The notes: generated by a model not told the origin, from the sequence alone. A stretch of 29,893 nt of DNA from a virus (IMGVR_UViG_3300020042_012092:1-29893); one strand, 5' to 3'. Shown: positions 1 to 8,676, counted from the stretch's first letter. Made by a program: numbers and translations.

Positions 1-1385
1 TTATAAGGAAAATCAGTTAAATCTAACCAAAGGCTAACAATATAAGCCCTGATTGATTTTTCGTTAGCATAGGTTGCTAATGGATTGTTTGGTAAAATAC
101 CTTCTGTTAAACCAGATTGAGCATAAAAACTTTTCATGTTTTTAAAGATATACTCTCTGGCAATTGTAGCACAATCAGACTTATTCAAAGTTTGATAAGT
201 ATAGCCGTCAGCAGTTGGACTTGCTTGTTTATAAGCAGTTGTCCAAAGTTTATTAGTAACCGCAACAGTGCCGCTTTCATCCATGCTTAAAGTTGAACCG
301 CCTAAATCACCCAAACCTTCAATTTCAGTTAAAGTGAATCCTTTTCCAGTTGTAATCGTGTTAAGATCATTAAGCTTCATGTTGGCATAAGGCAAGCCAG
401 CGGTAAATAAACCACCTCTGTTGTTATTGCTCATCATAAATGAGCTAATAGAAGCATTTTCTTTTAGTCTTTGCGCTCTCAAGCCAGCGATATAGGCTGA
501 TACAACATAATCTAACTCAACAATTTCGCTTCCTTTCCAGTCAGAATCATTGACTAATTTTAAGCAGATGTAAGGAGTAATTACTTTTGAAGCTAGTGTT
601 GCAGGAGCTAAGGCGGTTACATGGTTAGCATAAGTATCAGTTTTACAAACCATACCAATGCCATCTAAAATAGCATTTCTAGTATTAAATTTAGCTTCTA
701 AATGAGTTTTTACACTTGCCAAAAAGCATACTGGGAAAATAATATCATATCTTGCGGCATCAATTTTAGATAATACGCCAGTCAAAACAGGGTCAGTTGC
801 ACCATTTATTAAAGCAGTAATTGTTGCGGTGACTCCACTTGGCAAACTTTCAACTTTAATTGAAATTCTATTACCTTCTGTTCCCTTATTTTTAGCCGTA
901 AGGGTAACTGTTCCAGTTGAATTTGAAGCTGTTACAGGTGAATTACTATCAGCAGTAATAGCAGCTACTAAATCAGCACCAATAGTTGTTGCTGTTGAAG
1001 CTGTCGTTACTGCAATTTCATATCTGTTTTTAGTGTAAGAGCCAACAGTTACATACAAAGTACCAGCAACAGGGCTTGAAGCTGCAAAAGCAACTGATCC
1101 AGTGGCTTGAACACCAGAGCCGTTATCGGAAACAATGATTGCATCTAATCTTGTGTTTGGGCTTGCTTGTCTAAAAGCGTCAATCATTAAATGACCAATC
1201 GAACCAGCTCCACAAAGATCTTTACCTGCATTAAGTCCAGTTCCAATATTTGAAACTAAATTGCCGCTTGCAAAAGAACCAGCAGATGTTCCTTGAGCTA
1301 AAATTAAAGGGATTCTTGCTCCAGCATTAATTTTTTGTAATGATGAAAGTAAATTTAATTCTGAAATAGGATAAACGCCAGCCAT
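1..1385 (-). CDS. Mu gpL-like contractile tail sheath protein (3' end runs off window start)
   Basis: Not in ORF track because it has no stop in the window. Manual translation from ATG 1385: MAGVYPISELNLL...GAGSIGHLM...VQATGSVAF...GTVTLTAKNKGTEGNRI...GATDPVL...YDII, open to position 3. TLTAKNKG.GN and GATDP are Mu-type sheath motifs. Confidence 0.88.
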   Translation of the reverse strand, partial: MAGVYPISELNLLSSLQKINAGARIPLILAQGTSAGSFASGNLVSNIGTGLNAGKDLCGAGSIGHLMIDAFRQASPNTRLDAIIVSDNGSGVQATGSVAFAASSPVAGTLYVTVGSYTKNRYEIAVTTASTATTIGADLVAAITADSNSPVTASNSTGTVTLTAKNKGTEGNRISIKVESLPSGVTATITALINGATDPVLTGVLSKIDAARYDIIFPVCFLASVKTHLEAKFNTRNAILDGIGMVCKTDTYANHVTALAPATLASKVITPYICLKLVNDSDWKGSEIVELDYVVSAYIAGLRAQRLKENASISSFMMSNNNRGGLFTAGLPYANMKLNDLNTITTGKGFTLTEIEGLGDLGGSTLSMDESGTVAVTNKLWTTAYKQASPTADGYTYQTLNKSDCATIAREYIFKNMKSFYAQSGLTEGILPNNPLATYANEKSIRAYIVSLWLDLTDFPY

Positions 1386-1387
1386 AA

Positions 1388-1588
1388 TTATTCTTTTGAT
1401 TTAGTTTTAAGTGATGATTTTGTAATAAGTTGGAAATTAGATTTATTTTCTTCAAATCTAAGTTGTTCAAACCAAATGGAATCTAGGGGAGTGTTAGCTT
1501 CATCTACTTCAATTTCTATAGAAGTGTTTGCTTTATACCATTTTTTCTGGATATAAAAGTCTTTTAAAAACTTTAATTCTGCTTTCAT
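1388..1588 (-). CDS. Small tail protein, DUF2635/Mu gp38-like
   Basis: 66 aa, ends 2 nt before the sheath start. PLDSIWFEQLR resembles the P...yW.rrL motif, and the position matches Mu-like tail operons. Confidence 0.55.
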   Translation of the reverse strand: MKAELKFLKDFYIQKKWYKANTSIEIEVDEANTPLDSIWFEQLRFEENKSNFQLITKSSLKTKSKE

Positions 1589-1722
1589 GTTTATTTTGTT
1601 TAGTGTGGTGAACTAAAAATTAGGTAGTGGTGATACCTTGAAAATAATTAAACTTGTAAAAAAACAGGTTGCAATTAGTATTAGTCGTTATTAACCTTAA
1701 GTTAATAATCACTACTATTAAT
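1589..1722. promoter_or_regulatory. Divergent regulatory region between the sheath operon and terL, with hairpins and a putative promoter
   Basis: Hairpins 1599-1617 and 1622-1638 share loop GTGGTGA. Inverted repeat TTATTAAC-N5-GTTAATAA at 1688-1708. TTGCAA-N17-TAACCT at 1669-1697 upstream of terL. Confidence 0.5.
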
Positions 1723-3201
1723 ATGACCTTAGATCCAAATTTTTTAGCAAAAATAGCGCAAGAAAGTGCTGATAATACCTTAAGAGGTAGCTTTAGAGAT
1801 TACTTTAAAAAGTTTGCTTATCCAATCATACATCCGGGTTCTCCGTTAATTGATACTTGGAGCATTGATTTAATGTGCGAATACGCGCAGGCTGTAGCAG
1901 ATGGTCAGATAACAAGACTGATTGTAAATATTCCTCCTGGATTAAACAAATCTACAATATGGTCTGCTGCACTTCCTTCCTATATTCTAGGTAGAATACC
2001 AACGGATAAAATATTTGCTATATCAAATAAAGATAAATTAACTGAAAGAAATATTGAATGGGCTAAGCGAATTATTAATAATTCACGATATAAAGAAATA
2101 TTTAAAGATTTTAAAATAGATGATAATAAAGATACTCAAACACACTTTAGAACTACAAAAGGTGGGGAAATGCAAGGGTTTCCAACTGCGGGTAATATTA
2201 CAGGTGAAAGAGCTAACCTTTTGATTCTTGATGATTACCTATCATCAGATATGATAGATTCTCCTTCAGAAAAAGATAGATATTTGGGAAAAATTGGTAA
2301 AGCCATTGAAAGTAGAACTGATGTAGTAAAAAATGCAATAGTAGTGGTAGAGCAAAGGTTAGATATTAACGATTTAACTGGTTATTTATTAAGAATGAGA
2401 AAAGGAGAATATGAACATTTATGCCTTCCTGTAGAATTTGAGGAAAAGAAGTTTTTTTATATGGGTAATTTTAAAAAAGAGGTTAATGCAGGTGATCTGC
2501 TCGCTCCTGAAATACCTAAATTCTCAAGAAAACAAGTTGATATATTGAAGAACAGAATTGTTGATGAAGTTACAAATAGAGCTGATGGAAAACAAGTATT
2601 TTATACTCAATATATGCAAAAACCCACTATCGAGGGTGGCAATATGGTTGATATGAAATGGTTTCAAAGATTTGATCTTGAGAACTTGCCTTATATGCAA
2701 TTTGATTCTGTTTATGTCAGTGCAGATACAGCTTCCAAAGTAAAACAAATGAATGATCCATCTTCGTTTTTAAAATTTGGCGTAAAAGGTTCTTCAATTT
2801 ATTTAATTGATAGGTATAATAAAAGAGCTGAATACCCAGACACTAAAGCAAATTTACTTATGTTTGCTGCTAAATTTCCTTCTGCTAATACTATTTTAGT
2901 TGAAGATGCTTCAACTGGCGCATCTATAATTCAAGAATTAAGAAAAGAATGTAATTATGGGATAGTGCCAATTTCTCACGGCGGAGTTGCAAAAGAAATA
3001 CGATTTAGAAATTCAACAGGAGCTATGGCAAATGGCAATATTTATTTTCCTAAACAAGCAACTTGGTTATTTGATTTTGAAGATCAATTAATGAAATTCC
3101 CGAAAGGTTCTCACGATGATGACTGTGATGCTTTTTCACAATTTCTTAACTGGTTCAAAAACAACTCTATTGATTGGGACAAGATGTTCACAGTGTTTTA
3201 A
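1723..3201 (+). CDS. terL: Phage terminase large subunit
   Basis: Walker A-like VNIPPGLNKS, Walker B LLILDD, QRL coupling motif, YMQKP, nuclease acidic motifs VSADTA, EDASTG and HDDDCDAFSQ. ATG 1723 preferred over upstream TTG 1669. Confidence 0.95.
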   Translation: MTLDPNFLAKIAQESADNTLRGSFRDYFKKFAYPIIHPGSPLIDTWSIDLMCEYAQAVADGQITRLIVNIPPGLNKSTIWSAALPSYILGRIPTDKIFAISNKDKLTERNIEWAKRIINNSRYKEIFKDFKIDDNKDTQTHFRTTKGGEMQGFPTAGNITGERANLLILDDYLSSDMIDSPSEKDRYLGKIGKAIESRTDVVKNAIVVVEQRLDINDLTGYLLRMRKGEYEHLCLPVEFEEKKFFYMGNFKKEVNAGDLLAPEIPKFSRKQVDILKNRIVDEVTNRADGKQVFYTQYMQKPTIEGGNMVDMKWFQRFDLENLPYMQFDSVYVSADTASKVKQMNDPSSFLKFGVKGSSIYLIDRYNKRAEYPDTKANLLMFAAKFPSANTILVEDASTGASIIQELRKECNYGIVPISHGGVAKEIRFRNSTGAMANGNIYFPKQATWLFDFEDQLMKFPKGSHDDDCDAFSQFLNWFKNNSIDWDKMFTVF

Positions 3202-3395
3202 AAGCGACTACCACATCTTACGCAATAAAAAGGTTCGTTTGAGTTACAAAGAATAAGAACTAGCCAAACAAATATCCAAAAGCCATAAGTAAAAATACTC
3301 AAGATAAAGTGCAAAATATGATTAGGCACTTTTTTATTTGCTGGCATAATTTTATCGCAACATCTGCAAAATCTTTGCTCTTGTTTGTTAGACAC
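3198..3395 (-). CDS. Small CxxC-hydrophobic-CxxC membrane protein (LITAF-like zinc-ribbon architecture)
   Basis: CRCC...NHILHFILSIFTYGFWIFVWLVLIL...CVRCG. Likely GTG start at 3395, overlapping the end of the upstream gene. Confidence 0.7.
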   Translation of the reverse strand: MSNKQEQRFCRCCDKIMPANKKVPNHILHFILSIFTYGFWIFVWLVLILCNSNEPFYCVRCGSRF

Positions 3396-4785
3396 TAGAA
3401 ACCTCCTCATCAACATCTCCATCAATTTGCATTATAGAAGTTTCAAAGCCTTCATTATCTAAAACATCAAAATCAAATGTTCTAAATGCAAAGTAATCAT
3501 CAGGTTCAACTCCATCGCCTTGATTAAACCAACCATTGGCTTGAAAGGTATATTGATGAACATAGTAAGAGCCATTAAACAAAAACATTCCGTTGCTTAC
3601 AGAAATAAGGCTTGAGTATTTTACTTGATTAAGATTAGAGCTTGGTTTAAATCCAAGTAATGCTTTAAAAATGCAAGGTTTATAAGAATAAGCTTTGTCT
3701 TTGGTTAAAGCGTAAAGTAATTCATCATTACTTTCATTATTACTTTTATCATTACTTTTTCCGCATGGAATAAAAATATAAACAGTCGCATTTTGATAAA
3801 AGTTTTCTCTTATTGATTCGCCATTCAAATTGTTACTTATCCCATCTCCAGTATTTCTTTGGTTTTTAGAGGTTGTTTCTTCTCCTAAAACAACAACTGC
3901 CCATTTATTTGATTGTTCGCTATCAACATCACTTTGAAGCATTGCCGCCGCTCTTTCGTAGTCAACAGCTCCAGTAATACATGGATTAAGTCTTGCTAAA
4001 ATAGTGCCTTGCGCTGGCGTTCCTAAAGTTGAAGTGCAAGCGTAAGTGAAAGAGTTAGGTGTTGGCACAGATGCAACAGTTTTATATCCGTTGTAACCAT
4101 CTTTGTAAGTTGTTAGCTGGGTAATTGTGCCAGTTGCTGGGGTTGCAGGATTGCCGCTTACTTCAAAAATAAAAGTGTAAGCATTAATTATTTGTTTGCA
4201 TTGTAAAGATTTGGCAGGACTTGCAACCGCATTGTCTGTTACACCATGAACAGTGTAGGTAAAAGTAGTACTATTCGGAACGCTATCAAGTGTAGTAACT
4301 TTGTTGTAATTCTCATTACTAGCACCAAAAAGCTGCACTTCAACATTTGCGTTATTAACATATCCATGCGGTGTTTTAGTGGTTACTGTTGCAGTAGTCC
4401 CGCTAATAGTTATGCTTTGAATGTCAATAACTGGCGCAGATAAGAAATGATTGTTATCAGTATAAAGTGTTTTAACTCCGTTATAGTCAGATTGATTAGC
4501 TCCACTTAGTTCAACTGTTGTGTTTCCCCTAATTAGCGAATGTTTGCCTGATGTAATAGCTAAAACATAATTGCCAGTTCTTGTTAAAGATGTAATTACT
4601 AAAGGCACTTTTGCACCAACAATTAAAACCTTTTCGCCAACTGCCAGTCCGTGAGCTGTCGCTGTTGTTGCTGTTGCAACTCCTGCTATTTGCGTTAAAG
4701 AACTAACTAATAAATTGGTTGTAAAATCACCAGTATATCTAGGTAATATTGCTTTAAGTTGATTTACTATTTCTTCTGTTTTCAT
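3388..4785 (-). CDS. Tail terminator/completion-like protein with three nested FCCH-like beta-domain inserts
   Basis: N-terminal MKTEEIVNQLKAILPRY plus C-terminal ITGAVDY...WAVVVLGEE...ATVYIFIP resemble tail terminator proteins. aa 27-262 carry H(G/S)(L/Y)...V...GA...YN...FTY repeats. Confidence 0.6.
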   Translation of the reverse strand: MKTEEIVNQLKAILPRYTGDFTTNLLVSSLTQIAGVATATTATAHGLAVGEKVLIVGAKVPLVITSLTRTGNYVLAITSGKHSLIRGNTTVELSGANQSDYNGVKTLYTDNNHFLSAPVIDIQSITISGTTATVTTKTPHGYVNNANVEVQLFGASNENYNKVTTLDSVPNSTTFTYTVHGVTDNAVASPAKSLQCKQIINAYTFIFEVSGNPATPATGTITQLTTYKDGYNGYKTVASVPTPNSFTYACTSTLGTPAQGTILARLNPCITGAVDYERAAAMLQSDVDSEQSNKWAVVVLGEETTSKNQRNTGDGISNNLNGESIRENFYQNATVYIFIPCGKSNDKSNNESNDELLYALTKDKAYSYKPCIFKALLGFKPSSNLNQVKYSSLISVSNGMFLFNGSYYVHQYTFQANGWFNQGDGVEPDDYFAFRTFDFDVLDNEGFETSIMQIDGDVDEEVSSV

Positions 4786-4979
4786 TGTCTTATTGAAAGT
4801 TCTTTTAAATAAATTTCTTGATATGCCTTGTGTTGTTTTTCTTGCTCTTCGTCACAGATTTTTTTAGAATCAATGTTTATTTTACGCAATTTTAATAAAC
4901 CTCTACTAGACGGCATAAACCAAGGCATTTTAACGCCGAGAGATTTTGCAATTTTTATTCTATAAAAATAATTAATCAT
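4782..4979 (-). CDS. Hypothetical protein
   Basis: 65-aa ORF translationally coupled on both sides. Confidence 0.55.
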   Translation of the reverse strand: MINYFYRIKIAKSLGVKMPWFMPSSRGLLKLRKINIDSKKICDEEQEKQHKAYQEIYLKELSIRQ

Positions 4980-5290
4980 TACTGCCTCGTGTTTTTTAAT
5001 CCATTGCCATATCTTAAATCTAAGATTGTAATGGTGTTTTCGTAATACTCTCTATAAACCAAAAAAGATGCCGTTAAATATTTAACTTGAGCTTCTAAAC
5101 AGTTAATCCGTTCTTTGTCTGTTTTTGGATTAATTTGTTTGCAAAATTTATTATATTCTTTTTCTGATTTTGTCTGCAATTTTTCAAATTGTTGTGCTGC
5201 GTCAACTGCGTAAGCTTGCTGGAAAGAAGCAAAAAATAACATTAAAAGAGCTATTTGTAAAATTTTTAATGGTAAAAGATTTTTAAACAT
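4979..5290 (-). CDS. Hypothetical secreted protein
   Basis: Signal-peptide-like N-terminus ending QQAYA; coupled to neighbouring genes. Confidence 0.6.
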   Translation of the reverse strand: MFKNLLPLKILQIALLMLFFASFQQAYAVDAAQQFEKLQTKSEKEYNKFCKQINPKTDKERINCLEAQVKYLTASFLVYREYYENTITILDLRYGNGLKNTRQ

Positions 5291-5717
5291 TTTTTAATTC
5301 AAAATTGCGATTAGTTCTTTTTTCGCCAAGTTCAATTCTAGGAAAATTATTTATTGTTTCAATTTGAAATCCTGCAATGTGAGGTGGTTCTTTTTCGTAA
5401 TAACTTACTACTGGATAGCCATATTTATCTTTACACAAAATTATTTTTAGGTAATCTCTTTTTGAAACAATTATTTTTTCATCGGGAAGTAAAGTGCCTG
5501 CAAACAAAAGAACTTGCTCATATATTGGTTTTGATTTTCTAAAAATTTTAAACATTTTATATTCTTTAAATAAACAATCCATAATATAGAAAAAAAAACG
5601 CCAAAAAAGCAACGAACCAAAAAGAAAAATTGCTGCTAATAAAAAACCAAAATGTTTTTTGTTTTCTTTGGTAATTATTCTTACGTAATCACCTTCTTTA
5701 AGTTGCAATAAGTCCAT
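5283..5717 (-). CDS. Hypothetical membrane protein (start uncertain; internal MFKIFRK possible)
   Basis: 144-aa ORF with one hydrophobic segment, overlapping both neighbours. Confidence 0.5.
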   Translation of the reverse strand: MDLLQLKEGDYVRIITKENKKHFGFLLAAIFLFGSLLFWRFFFYIMDCLFKEYKMFKIFRKSKPIYEQVLLFAGTLLPDEKIIVSKRDYLKIILCKDKYGYPVVSYYEKEPPHIAGFQIETINNFPRIELGEKRTNRNFELKNV

Positions 5718-6180
5718 GAGTTTTTATAGCTGTTAAAATTGAATTAATTGCGGTTCTTGCTTCTGCGTCAATTGTAGAGCCGCCAGTTGGATTTGCGATA
5801 GTTGCTTGTTGGCTTCCTACAACTTGAACGCCGCCTACTTTGTAAGAATTAGTTTCACAAGTTCCATTGATTAAGGTGTTGCCTTCAATTTCATTTTGCG
5901 TTTCTTTTGCAACAAATCCAGTTCCAAAAACTCGATTTCTTATTTCAACTTCACCAACTTCTAAGGTTGATTGAATCAAAATATCATAAGGAACTGCAAA
6001 GGCGTTTGTTTTGCTACCTAAGGCACAAAAAATAAGCACCAAAGTTGATTCGCTTGGTTTTACTTTTGATTGAAAGCCGTAGGGATAGAGCAAAAGCACA
6101 TCATCAAAGATTTCTTCTTGCAAAGAAACCACTTTTGCATAAGTGCCGTCTGTTTCGGCTATGTAGCCTTTGTAAATCAT
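5698..6180 (-). CDS. Baseplate spike/assembly protein, Mu gp45-like
   Basis: PYGFQS.V.P...LV....GS..NAFA and L.VGEV motifs typical of the Mu gp45 N-domain; atypical C-terminus. Confidence 0.75.
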   Translation of the reverse strand: MIYKGYIAETDGTYAKVVSLQEEIFDDVLLLYPYGFQSKVKPSESTLVLIFCALGSKTNAFAVPYDILIQSTLEVGEVEIRNRVFGTGFVAKETQNEIEGNTLINGTCETNSYKVGGVQVVGSQQATIANPTGGSTIDAEARTAINSILTAIKTHGLIAT

Positions 6181-6246
6181 ATTTTTTAGATTTGAGTTAG
6201 TTAAAAGTAAATCTAATTTTTTAAATCAAAAAAAGCAACTAAAAAA

Positions 6247-6678
6247 ATGGCACTAGATTTAAAATTAAATCAAAAAAAAGGTTATTGGGATTTAGACATT
6301 GAGAATGGCGATTTTGCCAAAACCAATTCTCTTGATACCGCCCTTTATATGTCAGTTTTTTGCGAAAAAAGAGCTAATCAAGTAAGCGAGCCAACTTTAA
6401 GAAGAGGTCATTTTACTAATCAATTTAACCGCGTTAGTGGCTATGAAGTAGGCTCTTTGTTTTGGTTATATACAAGCCAAGCCAAAAACACAACAGCAAA
6501 TTTAACCTTGCTAGAAAACGCTGTTAGCGAAGGTTTGAGATGGTTGATAGATGATGGAATAGTTTCTAAAATAAATGTCAAAGCAACCAAAAGCAACACA
6601 CAAATTAATCTTGAAATAGAGTTAATCAATAAATTGCAATCAAACAGCAAATACTATAATCTTTTTGTAAATCTATGA
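6247..6678 (+). CDS. Baseplate protein, Mu gp46-like
   Basis: LDTALYMSVFCEKRA, RRGH, GSLFWL and EGLRWLIDDG motifs. Confidence 0.9.
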   Translation: MALDLKLNQKKGYWDLDIENGDFAKTNSLDTALYMSVFCEKRANQVSEPTLRRGHFTNQFNRVSGYEVGSLFWLYTSQAKNTTANLTLLENAVSEGLRWLIDDGIVSKINVKATKSNTQINLEIELINKLQSNSKYYNLFVNL

Positions 6679-8015
6679 TTGAATTTTCTTCAATATCACA
6701 AATTCAACAAAGAATTGCAAACGCTTTGATTTTAGCTATTAACGCTGGTCAAATTGATAATTCAAAACACATCGACACAAACATTAGAGATAACTTTGCT
6801 TTGGGCATAGTTAATTCGATGGCTGCTGGCTTTGATGAAAACAACGATAACATCCAAGAAGTTTTAAAACAACTTTTTCCACAAACCGCAACTGCTGATT
6901 ATTTAGAACTTTGGGCTTCGTTGTTTGGCATAAATAGAAAAGATGCGGTGCAAGCAGAGGGTTTTGTAGTTTTTACAGGCGTTGCGACAACCTCAATTCC
7001 GACTAACACCGCAATTCAAAAGGCTGATGGTTTTCAATATCAAACGCAAAGTTTAGGAACTATTTCAGCTCAAACAATCTTAATCTCTTCTTTGACAAGA
7101 AGCGGCACAAAAGCAACAGCTACAACTACTTCAGAACATAATCTTGCGACTGGAGTTTCTGTTTTAATAGCTGGTGCATCTCAATCGCAATATAATATCA
7201 CTGCTACAATCAGCGTTATTTCGCCAACTCAATTTACTTACGAAGTTTTGGGAAGTCCAGCAACTCCAGCCACTGGTTCGCCATCAGCTAGTTTTACAAC
7301 TGCCTACGTGCCTATCAAAGCCGTTGAATATGGCGAAAATGGAAACTCTGCGGGTGGTTCACAGTTAAGTTTGATTTCGCCGATTGTCAACGTCGATAAC
7401 ACTTGCTACCTTCCATATGATGGGGCTTCTTTAGGTTTAGATATTGAGACAGACGAAGAATTGCGAGCAAGACTTTTGGAAAGAACTTCAAATTTTACCG
7501 CTCCTTTTACCGCTTCGGGTTTGCCCGTTTTTATCAAAGAAAATATTGCTGGCGTGACTAGAATTTGGGTTCAAACCGCAACGCCTTCGGCTGGTTATGT
7601 CACGATTTATTTTGTGCGAGATAACGATTCAAATATAATTCCAAGTGCCGCCCAAGTCAACGCGGTTAAAAATGCAATTATTGATGAAGATAATGGAATT
7701 AAGCCAGCCAATACGCCAAATAGCTACGTTGTTGTTGCCGCGCCAACTGCCGTGCCAATCGCAATAACTTTTTCAAGCTTAAGCCCAAACACCAAAGCAA
7801 TGAAAACGGCAATTACTGAAACCTTAACTGATTATTTTAAAAGTGCTTCGGTAAATGTTGGTGGCGATATTCTTTTGAACGAAATAAACGCGCTTATCTA
7901 CAGCGTAATTGATGAAGATGGCAATTCACCAACTTTTGCTTTGTCTGCGCCTTCTGCCAATACAGCTATTTCAGATAGTCAACTAGCCACATTGGGAACT
8001 ATCACTTATGTTTAA
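6675..8015 (+). CDS. Baseplate J / Mu gp47-like protein with inserted FCCH-like domain
   Basis: QLFPQTATADYLELWA..FGI.RK.A..AEG, G.D.ETDEELRARLL, GVTRIWV, G.VTIYFV. Insert at aa ~137-202. Confidence 0.93.
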   Translation: MIEFSSISQIQQRIANALILAINAGQIDNSKHIDTNIRDNFALGIVNSMAAGFDENNDNIQEVLKQLFPQTATADYLELWASLFGINRKDAVQAEGFVVFTGVATTSIPTNTAIQKADGFQYQTQSLGTISAQTILISSLTRSGTKATATTTSEHNLATGVSVLIAGASQSQYNITATISVISPTQFTYEVLGSPATPATGSPSASFTTAYVPIKAVEYGENGNSAGGSQLSLISPIVNVDNTCYLPYDGASLGLDIETDEELRARLLERTSNFTAPFTASGLPVFIKENIAGVTRIWVQTATPSAGYVTIYFVRDNDSNIIPSAAQVNAVKNAIIDEDNGIKPANTPNSYVVVAAPTAVPIAITFSSLSPNTKAMKTAITETLTDYFKSASVNVGGDILLNEINALIYSVIDEDGNSPTFALSAPSANTAISDSQLATLGTITYV

Positions 8016-8610
8016 AGAAAGAACTCAAGCGCAACAAGCCAGCGTCTTAGCGCAATATTTAAGAGATGATGATTTGCACGTTGCAAAAAATAAAGAAGAT
8101 TCAATTTTAAGAAAAGTTTTACTAGGGCTTGCTAGTGAATGGCTAAATTTCAGAAGTAGTTTAAACGATGTTGTCAGCGAATACAACCCAAACAATACAA
8201 CATCACTAATTGAAGAATGGGAAGCGTTTGTTGGGATTCCTGATTCTTGCATTGCTATTGCTTCAACTTTAGAGCAAAGAAGATTAAACGTCTTGCTTAA
8301 ATTGTCTGGAATCAATGTAAGCACGGCAAAACAATTTAAGAATGTTGCGGCAATTTTAGGCTACTCAATTCAAGTTTCAAATGGCGTGGACACTTCAACT
8401 TTTCCATTACAATTGCCTTTCTTGTTAATCTCTCAAGCATCAGCACCTTTTACAATAGTTATTACGCTGCCCGCTTCGTTAAAACCTGCGGGATTTCCTT
8501 TGACACTGCCATTTAAACTAACAGCGCAACAACCAACTATTCTAAAATGTCTTTTTAACAAATTAAAACCAGCTAATACGCAATTATTTTTTAGATATAG
8601 CCAATCCTAG
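8008..8610 (+). CDS. Baseplate wedge protein, Mu gp48/YmfQ (DUF2313)-like
   Basis: TT.LIEEWEAFVGIPDSC, TLEQRR..VL.KL, LGYSI and C.FNKLKPANT motifs; follows baseplate J. Confidence 0.88.
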   Translation: MFKERTQAQQASVLAQYLRDDDLHVAKNKEDSILRKVLLGLASEWLNFRSSLNDVVSEYNPNNTTSLIEEWEAFVGIPDSCIAIASTLEQRRLNVLLKLSGINVSTAKQFKNVAAILGYSIQVSNGVDTSTFPLQLPFLLISQASAPFTIVITLPASLKPAGFPLTLPFKLTAQQPTILKCLFNKLKPANTQLFFRYSQS

Positions 8611-8676
8611 TTTTTAGTTTTGTCAAATAAAGCTAAAAAGATATTTAACAATTAAATTAATTAACATTTTTTCAAA

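Noticed and set aside
829-1038. Plus-strand 69-aa ORF and other antisense or nested ORFs in the track (e.g. 2524-2748, 8025-8324, 11139-11573, 16050-16364, 18345-18740)
   Set aside because: Shadow frames of well-supported genes, with no motifs of their own.
1669-1722. TTG-started N-terminal extension of TerL
   Set aside because: Overlaps promoter-like and hairpin elements; ATG 1723 is more plausible.
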